Below are positions 1 to 8,741 of a stretch of DNA of 64,000 bases, piece after piece. Every line of letters begins with the position of its first letter. Position 1 is the first letter of the stretch. The notes below the pieces were generated by a model. That model had not been told where the DNA came from. It saw only the letters and a program-made list of their open reading frames with translations, and searched no databases. The position numbers were made by a program, and so were the translations under genes. Source of the DNA: an uncultured bacterium (GTDB taxonomy: Bacteria > Electryoneota > AABM5-125-24 > Hatepunaeales > Hatepunaeaceae); NCBI GenBank assembly GCA_964387885.1, contig CAYLYZ010000001.1, forward strand, positions 175,903 to 239,902. Direction: 5' to 3'.

Positions 1-1103
1 ATTGCTTCTCGCCAGCTAACTGAACCATGCCCGGCTGCATTCCAACATTTAAAAAACCTATTCCCTATTTGTAGCCCACCGTTACAAACCGCTCTCGATG
101 AATTGTTCACAATACCTGCTTCAATCGCAGCTCCGAGAACTGCCATCTTAAATGTTGATCCTGGAGGATATCGTCCCTGCACAGCCCTATTCAGCAATGG
201 GTGTCCAGGATCATCGATCAATTCATCCCAAACTTTCTGGGGCATAACTCCAGCAAATATAGACGGATCATAAGATGGGACACTCAACATTGTCAGCACT
301 GCACCATTTCTGGGATCAATTGCAACCACACCTCCGGTTTTTCCTTCCATGAGCTCAAAGGCGAATCGTTGCAGTTGACTATCAATATTCAGATGCAAAT
401 CCCATCCATTGGTTGGGTAAAGAGTTACACTTTCATCAGCTCTACCAACGGTTTTGCCAGATACATCGACCTGAAAATACTCAATGCCCGGTTCTCCACC
501 AATCCATTTCTCATAGACCAGTTCCAGCCCATGCTTTCCAACCAGTCCAATTCTACCACTCTTTTTAGATGCACTCGACCGATCAAGCTCACCAACATAT
601 CCTAATACATGAACAGCTTCTGGAAAGGGGTAAGACCTTTTAGATTCAAATCCAAAAGCAATCCCCGGTAATCCGATCTTTATTGTTTCAAGATGGGCCA
701 AAGTATTAAAATTTACATCTCTCTGAATAACAGCAGGCTGGAAGGTATTCCATCCATATCTCCCCACCCTTTTTTTTATCTCAAGGGAATCCATTTCCAG
801 GATTTTTGACAGTTTGTGGATTGTTTCAGAATTCCGTTTAATTGTCCAAGGGTGGGCGTATAGAGTGTATGCAGGTCTGTTTTCTACTAATAAGAGTCCA
901 TTTTTATCAAAGATCTTTCCCCGAGTAGGCTCAATGGCAATTGCTCGAACCCTATTCGCCTCAGCTTTTTTCAAAAAATCAGGGCGATTTATCAATTGAA
1001 TTGAAAATAATCTTAATTCTAAAACGAGTAGAAATAAGATGCACAAGGTCGTGAATACAATTCGTCGGTATTCAAACCACCATCTATTCTCTGACCTGAT
1101 CAC
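1..1103 (-). CDS. mrdA: Penicillin-binding protein 2 (peptidoglycan D,D-transpeptidase MrdA), 3' partial; the gene runs off the window start.
   Basis: I translated the minus strand downstream of mreD by hand. It gives a TM segment followed by RGKIFDKNGLLLVENRPAYTLYAHPW, GKTGGVVAIDPRNGAVLTMLSVPSYDP and GRYPPGSTFK, an SxxK transpeptidase motif. The mreBCD-mrdA order is canonical. The likely start is a GTG at 1101-1103 because an in-frame TGA lies just upstream. It is missing from the ORF track because it is truncated. Confidence 0.85.
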   Translation of the reverse strand, partial: MIRSENRWWFEYRRIVFTTLCILFLLVLELRLFSIQLINRPDFLKKAEANRVRAIAIEPTRGKIFDKNGLLLVENRPAYTLYAHPWTIKRNSETIHKLSKILEMDSLEIKKRVGRYGWNTFQPAVIQRDVNFNTLAHLETIKIGLPGIAFGFESKRSYPFPEAVHVLGYVGELDRSSASKKSGRIGLVGKHGLELVYEKWIGGEPGIEYFQVDVSGKTVGRADESVTLYPTNGWDLHLNIDSQLQRFAFELMEGKTGGVVAIDPRNGAVLTMLSVPSYDPSIFAGVMPQKVWDELIDDPGHPLLNRAVQGRYPPGSTFKMAVLGAAIEAGIVNNSSRAVCNGGLQIGNRFFKCWNAAGHGSVSWREA

Positions 1104-1128
1104 GAGAGCTCTGGCATTATTAATTCAA

Positions 1129-1644
1129 TCACTTGATTCTTCCGCTATGGGTTTTTACCTTTTTCCATCGTGTTGAGTTCATCGGAATAAGAGCCCATAA
1201 GCCCCCAAGCACACTTGTGTATATTGCAACAGGAACAATAGATCCGAAAATAAAACTTACTAAGTCAGTCTCAGAATTTTGGATTACAAATAATCCCTGC
1301 CAGATGCCTTGAGTAATAACACTGAAGAAAATTATCAGCATCCATAACCAGGTGCGGACAGATTGCTCTCTTCTTTCAATCCATCTACCAGTCCAAAATC
1401 CGAGGCTACTTTTTGCAAGTGCGTAAATCCCAAGAAATCCAAGTGCTGTTATATCCTGTGCTAAACCTGAGAAGAATCCAACCATCAGCGCATGATTTCT
1501 ACCTCGTCGAATACTTGTTCCAATTGTGAATATAAGCATTAGATCCGGACGTACTCCAAGAATGTCGAAATACTTTCCCGCACCGTTCTCCAGGGATAGT
1601 AACAAGATACCAATTATCACATAGCGGGTGATATCACTTATCAT
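1129..1644 (-). CDS. mreD: Rod shape-determining protein MreD.
   Basis: A 171 aa polytopic membrane protein lying directly after mreC in the mreBCD order. It overlaps mreC by 11 nt. Confidence 0.75.
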   Translation of the reverse strand: MISDITRYVIIGILLLSLENGAGKYFDILGVRPDLMLIFTIGTSIRRGRNHALMVGFFSGLAQDITALGFLGIYALAKSSLGFWTGRWIERREQSVRTWLWMLIIFFSVITQGIWQGLFVIQNSETDLVSFIFGSIVPVAIYTSVLGGLWALIPMNSTRWKKVKTHSGRIK

Positions 1645-2413
1645 TCTTTATCCCGGACACTACAAATATTTCCTCTAACTGACCATATTCAACACTGGGT
1701 TTTACTGTGACCTGCCATAGCCAACCATTTGCATCCGGTTCGACCATTATTACGTATCCAATTGTTATACCTTGCGGGAAAAAGCCTCCTAATCCTGAGG
1801 TAAGAACGGTGTCCCCAACAGCAACTGAAGAGGATATTGGAACGCCATCAAATTTGAGCAATCCTCTCCCTGCGGAGTGCACTATACCATCTTCCCTGCT
1901 TCTACGAATTCGTCCTGCAATGCCGAGATTTGGATCGGAAAGCAGTTGAATCAGTGAGCTCCGATCCCCTACCCTGTGAACCAGACCTACAATACCATTC
2001 AGAGAAAGTACCGGGGAGTTTACATCTATCCCGTCATTTCTACCCTTATCAATCAGGAAACCTTTCACACCAGGATCACTGCTGTTTGCAATAACCTCGG
2101 AAGCAACCAAAATGTATTCGTTAGATGCTTTGAATTCAAGCATTTCGCGCAATTTCGAATTTTCCGCCTGATACTCCATATACGTGGCGAGATCCATACT
2201 CATTTCAGCCAAGGTAGCATGAAGTTTTTTGTTCTGACGCCAAACCTGAAATCCTTTGAGTGGAACTGTAACAGGATACGCTATTGAAATGATAAAATCT
2301 GCGAGACGTCCCCGCAGTAATTCACCCTGTGGATTCTGATTAGTCAGAATCAGGGTAAGGGAGAGTGCAGTGATTGCAATCCAGGAAAAGTAGGGTCTTA
2401 AGGTGCTGAACAT
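1634..2413 (-). CDS. mreC: Rod shape-determining protein MreC.
   Basis: A 259 aa protein with an N-terminal TM/coiled-coil segment, sitting between mreB and mreD; MreC-like beta-rich C-terminal region. Confidence 0.8.
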   Translation of the reverse strand: MFSTLRPYFSWIAITALSLTLILTNQNPQGELLRGRLADFIISIAYPVTVPLKGFQVWRQNKKLHATLAEMSMDLATYMEYQAENSKLREMLEFKASNEYILVASEVIANSSDPGVKGFLIDKGRNDGIDVNSPVLSLNGIVGLVHRVGDRSSLIQLLSDPNLGIAGRIRRSREDGIVHSAGRGLLKFDGVPISSSVAVGDTVLTSGLGGFFPQGITIGYVIMVEPDANGWLWQVTVKPSVEYGQLEEIFVVSGIKNDK

Positions 2414-2428
2414 TACAGATCAGATAAC

Positions 2429-3454
2429 CTAATTATTTGTCAGAAGCAAGTCCTTGTATACTTCAAAATCGTCGAGGACTTTACCAGTTCCTCTTACAAC
2501 ACAGGTTGCGGGATCTTCGGCAAGATTCGCGGGGAGATTAGTCTCATCTCGAAGACGTTGATCAAGGCGTTTGAGAAGTGCCCCCCCACCTGTCAGGATG
2601 ATACCTCTGTCTCTGATGTCGGCAGACAATTCAGGAGGTGATTTTTCCAATGCTTCTCTTACAGCCGCAACTAATTGGGATACGGTTTCGGACAGAGCTT
2701 CCCTTATTTCTTCAGATCCGATCTCGACTGCTTTCGGCATTCCGGTTACTAAATCTCGACCTTTTGCCGTCAAGGTAATCTCTTCAGGCAACGCCATTGC
2801 AGATCCAACCGTACACTTTATCCACTCCGCCATTCGCTCACCAATAAGTAGATTATAATTCCTCCTTATATACATTGCTATTGATTCGTCCATTTCATCA
2901 CCCCCAATTCTGATCGAGTGATTTGTGACAATTCCACCGAGTGACATTATGGCAATTTCTGTCGTTCCACCTCCAACATCAACTATCATCGAACCCACTG
3001 GTTCTTTAACCGGCAACTTCACCCCCAGAGCCGCCGCCATCGGTTCTGCAATCAGGTGTACTTCACGAGCACCTGCATATTCAGCAGAATCACGAATTAC
3101 ACGTTTCTCGGATTTCGTAACACCACTTGGGACACAGACAATAATCCTCGGTCTCATCAACCGATTCTTTTGAACACGTCGAATAAATCTTCTTATCATT
3201 AATTCGGCAATTTCATCATCGTCAATTACACCATCACGCATTGGTCTTATCACACTGATATCACCATGTGTTTTACCCATCATAGCAAGAGCTTGTCGAC
3301 CTATAGCTATATCCTTTTTATCCCGTCTGTCTATGGCTACGACTGATGGTTCTGTGATCACAATACCCTGACCCTTTACATAGACAAGAGTATTAGCTGT
3401 TCCAAGATCAATGGCGATATCATTCGAAAATATCGTCATAGGATTATTTAACAT
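2429..3454 (-). CDS. mreB: Rod shape-determining actin homolog MreB.
   Basis: The N-terminus FSNDIAIDLGTANTLVYVKGQGIVITEPSVVA and the actin-fold motifs DVGGGTTEIAI are present. Confidence 0.95.
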   Translation of the reverse strand: MLNNPMTIFSNDIAIDLGTANTLVYVKGQGIVITEPSVVAIDRRDKKDIAIGRQALAMMGKTHGDISVIRPMRDGVIDDDEIAELMIRRFIRRVQKNRLMRPRIIVCVPSGVTKSEKRVIRDSAEYAGAREVHLIAEPMAAALGVKLPVKEPVGSMIVDVGGGTTEIAIMSLGGIVTNHSIRIGGDEMDESIAMYIRRNYNLLIGERMAEWIKCTVGSAMALPEEITLTAKGRDLVTGMPKAVEIGSEEIREALSETVSQLVAAVREALEKSPPELSADIRDRGIILTGGGALLKRLDQRLRDETNLPANLAEDPATCVVRGTGKVLDDFEVYKDLLLTNN

Positions 3455-3535
3455 TGAAAATCACTCCAAAAGGTAAATCAGAAAACTGCTGAATAAATTT
3501 ATAATTAATCATTAGGTGATCACCTATCCTGTTTT

Positions 3536-4129
3536 TTACTTGAAACTGTCAGCGATTCTTGAATCGTAAGTTGATGTGTGGTGAAAGGTCGCTTTCGCCA
3601 GTCGAATTGAGTAATCAACTGAAACTACTCCTGAATTGTTAACAATTCTCTCAACTGTCTGAGAGAAAAGTTCCGCTCGACATATAACAGTAACATACTT
3701 ATAATTCTTGGCTGCTGCTCTAATCAGAGATACTCCTCCAATATCGATCAATTCAACCGGTATATCCTCTTCCTCACTGACATCAGTCGGAAATGGGTAT
3801 AGGTCAATTGCGACGAGATCAAACGGTTTTAGTCCAAATTTTTCAAGATCCTGTATGTCCCCCGGATCGTCTCTCCTGGCAAGAATTGCAGCATAAATCG
3901 CCGGGTGCAGCGTTTTTACGCGCCCTCCGAGTAAATCGTTAAATCCGGTAATATCTTCGAGTCGATTTACACTTATGCCTGCTTCACTTATCGCATCAGC
4001 TGTCCCACCACTCGCATAGAGATTTATACCGATTTTTGCAAGTTCCGTTGCAAGTTCAACAGCTTCCGGTTTCCTCCAGGAGCTAATCAGAGCATTTCTG
4101 ATTGTAATTGTCTCTACAGACTTTGCCAT
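3536..4129 (-). CDS. purH: Stand-alone IMP cyclohydrolase domain (the MGS-like N-terminal domain of PurH); no AICAR-transformylase domain is encoded here.
   Basis: The 197 aa product contains ALISSWRKPEAVELATELAKIGINLYASGGTA, GRVKTLHPAIYAAIL and ends RLAKATFHHTSTYDSRIADSF at the PurH interdomain linker. Only 80 nt separate its stop from mreB. Confidence 0.75.
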   Translation of the reverse strand: MAKSVETITIRNALISSWRKPEAVELATELAKIGINLYASGGTADAISEAGISVNRLEDITGFNDLLGGRVKTLHPAIYAAILARRDDPGDIQDLEKFGLKPFDLVAIDLYPFPTDVSEEEDIPVELIDIGGVSLIRAAAKNYKYVTVICRAELFSQTVERIVNNSGVVSVDYSIRLAKATFHHTSTYDSRIADSFK

Positions 4130-4726
4130 TTATTTCTGCTCCTTGTATTTTCTAAATAACTTCTTCAAAACTGCTGAATAAAACCTGTGCTCTTCTTTAA
4201 GAACTCGTGCTGAGAGTTGTTCAGGTGTTTCACCTGATAAAACAGGAATTCGAGATTGATCGATAATCTCACCCTCATCATATTCCTCATTCACGTAGTG
4301 AATGGTAACACCTGTTTCAGCAGCTCCGGATTCCACTACAGCGCGGTGAACATTCATACCGTACATCCCCTTTCCTCCGAAATCAGGCAGAAGTGCAGGA
4401 TGTATATTAATGGTGCGATTATGGAAAACTCTCAGAACCCGTGGTGGAATTTTTCGAAGGTACCCCGCAAGTATAATAAAATCTGTTTCATGCTCATTCA
4501 AAACCTTCAACATATAATCTGCAAATAATTTACCATCTTGATAGCTTTTACGGTTAAAAACTGCTGTGTTGAATCCCATTTCAGCAGCTTTTTGAAGGCC
4601 GACTGCCTCTTCCTTATTGCTCGCAACCAGTACTATCCTTGCGTCGAGTCTTCCCTCGTTGATTGCCGTTGACATCGCTTCAAAGCTTGATCCCCTCCCA
4701 GAAAGAAAAATTGCAATATTTGTCAT
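4130..4726 (-). CDS. purN: Phosphoribosylglycinamide formyltransferase.
   Basis: Motifs IAIFLSGRGSS, FIILAGYLRKIPPRVL, NIHPALLP and the G-rich loop are present. Confidence 0.9.
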   Translation of the reverse strand: MTNIAIFLSGRGSSFEAMSTAINEGRLDARIVLVASNKEEAVGLQKAAEMGFNTAVFNRKSYQDGKLFADYMLKVLNEHETDFIILAGYLRKIPPRVLRVFHNRTINIHPALLPDFGGKGMYGMNVHRAVVESGAAETGVTIHYVNEEYDEGEIIDQSRIPVLSGETPEQLSARVLKEEHRFYSAVLKKLFRKYKEQK

Positions 4727-5655
4727 TGAAGAACCTCATTTCCCAGGTTATATTGAAACGCACAATCTTCTGAAATGCTTGAATTTACACCCATTGGTAT
4801 TGTTATTCGATCATCTACATGTCCCCAGGGCAAGTCATACCATACACCAAATTCAGAATCCCGAAATAAATCAGCGATGATACCGCCAACTTGATTAGAT
4901 ATATTCTCACCCTCCCACCTGAAATGTCCAAGAATTATTCCGCTGATTCCGTTCAAAGCACCCGAATCTCTTAATTGCAGTAGCATTCTATCTAAGCTGT
5001 ATGGTGGTTCGTTCAGATCTTCCAAACAAACTATCGCCCCCGTTAAATCCGGCATCCAGGGTGTACCGACTAAACTTACAAGGATTGATAAACAAGTAGG
5101 GACAATAACTCCTGAAGCAGCTGTTCCACGTATTTGCTTGAGAAAAATCTTCCCATCAGACCATTCTGAATTCGTAAAATCACCCTTAAGAAAAGACTTC
5201 AGGTTTTCTATTGATCTCTTTGTCAAATCACCACTTAATGCCATACCTGCCTGAGGACCCGAAAGATTAATCCACCCGCTTCTCGACCATAATTGCAGCA
5301 TAATCGCGGAGATATCACTGAATCCTACAAAATACTTTGGCGGTAAGTCCCGAAGGCTATCCCAGGGTATATCCTTCAATATCCTTCCTGATCCATAACC
5401 TCCGCGACTGCAGATCACAGCCTTAATTTCAGGATCTGTAAAAGCTTTATGCAGATCTTTACTTCGATCCTTATCAAATCCTGCGAGGTAATCCTTCTTT
5501 GACAAGGCATGGGGTGCAACATTGACCTGAAATCCCCAACTTTTCAAACGGGTAATTCCAATATTCAACCTGGCTTCATCAACTGGTCCTGCCGGTGAAA
5601 CGATCTGAATTAGATCTCCGGGATTAAGTGGTTCTGGCAGTCTAATAGTTCTCAT
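4723..5655 (-). CDS. ldcA: LD-carboxypeptidase (muramoyltetrapeptide carboxypeptidase, peptidase S66).
   Basis: Motifs CSRGGYGSGR and YFVGFSDISAI (the Ser nucleophile region) are present, in an LdcA-like 310 aa protein. Confidence 0.8.
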   Translation of the reverse strand: MRTIRLPEPLNPGDLIQIVSPAGPVDEARLNIGITRLKSWGFQVNVAPHALSKKDYLAGFDKDRSKDLHKAFTDPEIKAVICSRGGYGSGRILKDIPWDSLRDLPPKYFVGFSDISAIMLQLWSRSGWINLSGPQAGMALSGDLTKRSIENLKSFLKGDFTNSEWSDGKIFLKQIRGTAASGVIVPTCLSILVSLVGTPWMPDLTGAIVCLEDLNEPPYSLDRMLLQLRDSGALNGISGIILGHFRWEGENISNQVGGIIADLFRDSEFGVWYDLPWGHVDDRITIPMGVNSSISEDCAFQYNLGNEVLQ

Positions 5656-5676
5656 AAATTCAAATTCTGTTTTTGA

Positions 5677-6957
5677 TTACCAAAACGGAGACACTAACCT
5701 GAAGTCTCCAAATCCATTCTCATCCCTGAAGACAAATTGTTTTCCAAGGTGACTATAATACCAGATTATTGTCGGAGCCTTTCGATCAACAAAAATATGT
5801 TTCTCTATATCTGTAGGTTTTCCGTAGATCAAATAAACTCTACCCCTATCGGTTCTCCATCCCTCGTGCCCATCACCAAACTGATTATTTACATAATTTA
5901 TCCTGCGATAGTACTCCCTCATTTTTCCGTTATTATCTTCATCAGGAGTTGGGAATATCTGATTCCAGAATTCAATTAGCTTCTGTTCCCGTTCAGATTT
6001 CGGATATGACAGCAAATCCAACATTTCCTCACTACTCGCGATTAAAGACAGCTGTTTTATTGCATCATCAATATCCCGTATCGATCCTGGCAATCCGTTT
6101 GAATTTCTTGAAAATTGGTAACGGTTCTCTATCTTCTCTCCGTTATATCTGATTATTAGTCTGAGGGTATATCTACCAAAGGTCAATCCTCTACAGTCAA
6201 CAGGCATAAAATAAGTAGCTAATTGCTCACCGCCGATTGTAGTCAATGTATCAATACTTTGAATTTCATCATCTGCATTGAGGACAGATAGTTCAAGGTG
6301 AATTACCTTCTGAGGATCCACTCGATACATTTCAAAGAAACAATATACATCAGAGATTCCATCAATATCTTCAGGAGTGACAACGGGATCAACCGGTGTA
6401 TTTAAAATGGGATCTATCTGCCGAGTAGTTGTTAACATCATCCCTGAAACGCCTAATGGATCATTCTGTGGCTCTCTTAGTATAACCTCTTTCTCAGCAC
6501 GTGATGTTCTTTTTGATTCACGATCCGTGACTAACATCGTGAGAATATATTTTCCCGGCGCTAAGTCTAAAACAAACGTTCCAATTAAGAACTCATTCCT
6601 GGAGTTCGTTGTTGAATAATCAATCGTTTCTGCATTGAAGTATTTGATTTTTCGATCGAGCAATGCACCATCTTCTCCCGATACCGACAGGTTCATCTCA
6701 ACAGAGGCGACAAATGCGCTGTCCTGACGTATAAACTGCAAAATATCATACTTGATCGGAATGTAAACTTCAAGTCTGATCAGCTCGGAGCTCGAAGAAA
6801 ACCTCTGAAATTCGAAGAGACGAAAAATAGGTTCTCCGATCTGACCATCTTCACGCCACATTGGATAATCCTCGCTACCCGCATACATCACAGTACCGAA
6901 CAGGAAAGCGACTGTTATGATGATGAGAATTACACTAATTCGAAAGTAACGCATCTG
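5677..6957 (-). CDS. GWxTD domain-containing protein (secreted or membrane-anchored).
   Basis: The C-terminus reads GDGHEGWRTDRGRVYLIYGKPTDIE, a GWxTD motif, and there is an N-terminal TM/signal segment. I moved the start to the internal ATG (MQMRYF...) to limit overlap with ftsY. Confidence 0.65.
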   Translation of the reverse strand, partial: QMRYFRISVILIIITVAFLFGTVMYAGSEDYPMWREDGQIGEPIFRLFEFQRFSSSSELIRLEVYIPIKYDILQFIRQDSAFVASVEMNLSVSGEDGALLDRKIKYFNAETIDYSTTNSRNEFLIGTFVLDLAPGKYILTMLVTDRESKRTSRAEKEVILREPQNDPLGVSGMMLTTTRQIDPILNTPVDPVVTPEDIDGISDVYCFFEMYRVDPQKVIHLELSVLNADDEIQSIDTLTTIGGEQLATYFMPVDCRGLTFGRYTLRLIIRYNGEKIENRYQFSRNSNGLPGSIRDIDDAIKQLSLIASSEEMLDLLSYPKSEREQKLIEFWNQIFPTPDEDNNGKMREYYRRINYVNNQFGDGHEGWRTDRGRVYLIYGKPTDIEKHIFVDRKAPTIIWYYSHLGKQFVFRDENGFGDFRLVSPFW

Positions 6958-7849
6958 CATAAGCTTTAGCATCAAAGGGATACATATCATTAACACTTTC
7001 GCCAATTCCAATAAACTCTATCGGGAGTTTCAATTGACTGAGAATGGGTATTATTATGCCTCCTTTAGCGGATCCATCCAGCTTGGTTACAACAAGACCG
7101 GATACGCCGGCAGAACGAGTGAATCCATGGGCTTGTGAAAGCCCGTTCTGACCGGTAATTGCGTCAATAATTAACAGGACTTCATGCGGAAGAGTTTCAT
7201 CAAAACGCTTCAGAACATTTGTGATTTTCCTGAGTTCCTGCATTAGATTATGTTTGTCCTGGAGGCGACCGGCTGTATCGACAATTAGAACGTCCTCCTT
7301 ATGAGCCAATACAGATTGGTATGCATCGAATGTAACAGCAGCCGGATCAGCACCGGTTGCCTGTTTTATAATTCGAGCACCACTGCGTTTTGCCCATATT
7401 TCAACTTGCTCTATAGCTGCGGCGCGAAAGGTATCTGCAGCGGCAATTGCCGTCGTCTTTCCTTCCAGGGAGAACTTGTGTGCCAACTTGCCGGCGGTTG
7501 TTGTTTTCCCAGATCCATTCACTCCGACAAGGATTATTACCCATGGTTTCCTTGTAAGTCTATTCGATGCTTTCGACTCTGGACCAATCATCATTTCCGA
7601 AAGTTCGGATCTTAAAATATCCCCGATCTGGTTAGAACCTCTAGATTTTTCTTGTTTTACATGTTCGCGAACAGTATCAATAAGTTGATCGACGGAATCT
7701 ACTCCGACATCCGCTTCCAGTAGAGCCTCTTCAAGTTCTTCGAGCAGATCTTCATCGATTTTTTTTCCTGAAAAGAAATCGTTCAGCCTATCCACCGTCA
7801 ATTCTCGAGTTCTCGCAAGCCCGGTTTTAAGTTTCTCAAATAATCCCAT
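6935..7849 (-). CDS. ftsY: Signal recognition particle receptor FtsY.
   Basis: P-loop GVNGSGKTTTAGKLA, DTAGR and the SRP54-type GTPase motifs are present. Confidence 0.95.
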   Translation of the reverse strand: MGLFEKLKTGLARTRELTVDRLNDFFSGKKIDEDLLEELEEALLEADVGVDSVDQLIDTVREHVKQEKSRGSNQIGDILRSELSEMMIGPESKASNRLTRKPWVIILVGVNGSGKTTTAGKLAHKFSLEGKTTAIAAADTFRAAAIEQVEIWAKRSGARIIKQATGADPAAVTFDAYQSVLAHKEDVLIVDTAGRLQDKHNLMQELRKITNVLKRFDETLPHEVLLIIDAITGQNGLSQAHGFTRSAGVSGLVVTKLDGSAKGGIIIPILSQLKLPIEFIGIGESVNDMYPFDAKAYADALLSN

Positions 7850-7856
7850 TTATAAG

Positions 7857-8741
7857 CTACGCCAAAGGTTCTCTGTGCAATTTATCACGCCAATGTAATT
7901 TATTTCGCAACAGTTTATTAAAACTAAAGTCACGAAATATCACCACGCGTGTGATACAGGGTGCACGTTTAATAATTAACGAAGAATCAGATTTTAATTC
8001 CCACACCTTCTGCCCATCGACTGAAACCTGAAATTTGCCGGAATGACTGAATGCAGATATTTCAATCTGCCGATTGTCCGAAACTACAATTGGGCGGTTA
8101 GCCAACATATGAGGACTAATCGGGTTAATAATAATCCCATGAATGCAAGGTTCGAGAATTGGACCACCCGTTGATAGGGAGTATCCTGTTGAGCCTGTGG
8201 AAGTTGCAACTATCAGACCATCTGCATTGAACGTATTTAAATATTCACCATCAATACTGGTATCAAGACGAATAATTCTTGCAGATCCACCCCTATCGAC
8301 AACTACATCATTCAAACTCCAGTGTACATCTCCGGTTTCATCCCCCCTGACATTTACCTGCAGCATCATCCGTTCCTGTTCAAGGAAATTACCATCAAGC
8401 AGATCTTTGACTCTTTGACGCATTTCGTTTACCGGAACTTCAGCTAAATATCCAAATTCCCCCATATTTATACCGAAAATCGGAACCTGGAGAGGTGCAA
8501 CGAGTCTTGCAGTCTGCAGAAATGTCCCATCACCACCAAATGAAAGAACAAAATTACTTTTCCTGGCGATTTCCTCCGGAGGTGCAACGCTCACATTGCT
8601 CAGATCCATAAGAGGTGCTAAATCAGATGCAACAGTGAAGCAGATTTCTTCTTTTGATAGCCAACTCAGAAATCCGGGTAATATTTCACCGACCTTTGGC
8701 TTTCCAGTGTTAGCAATTATTCCGAGAGATATTCGTTTCAT
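7857..8741 (-). CDS. nadK: NAD(+) kinase.
   Basis: Motifs GGDGTFL, NMGEFGYL and GSTGYSLS are present. Confidence 0.9.
   Translation of the reverse strand: MKRISLGIIANTGKPKVGEILPGFLSWLSKEEICFTVASDLAPLMDLSNVSVAPPEEIARKSNFVLSFGGDGTFLQTARLVAPLQVPIFGINMGEFGYLAEVPVNEMRQRVKDLLDGNFLEQERMMLQVNVRGDETGDVHWSLNDVVVDRGGSARIIRLDTSIDGEYLNTFNADGLIVATSTGSTGYSLSTGGPILEPCIHGIIINPISPHMLANRPIVVSDNRQIEISAFSHSGKFQVSVDGQKVWELKSDSSLIIKRAPCITRVVIFRDFSFNKLLRNKLHWRDKLHREPLA

Noticed and set aside
201-605. Plus-strand ORFs of 134 aa and 61 aa (201..605 and 814..999) at the start of the window.
   Set aside because: They lie antisense to a clear PBP2 (mrdA) reading frame on the minus strand (SxxK motif, canonical mreBCD-mrdA synteny). 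Their products are low-complexity with no motifs. They are spurious shadow ORFs.
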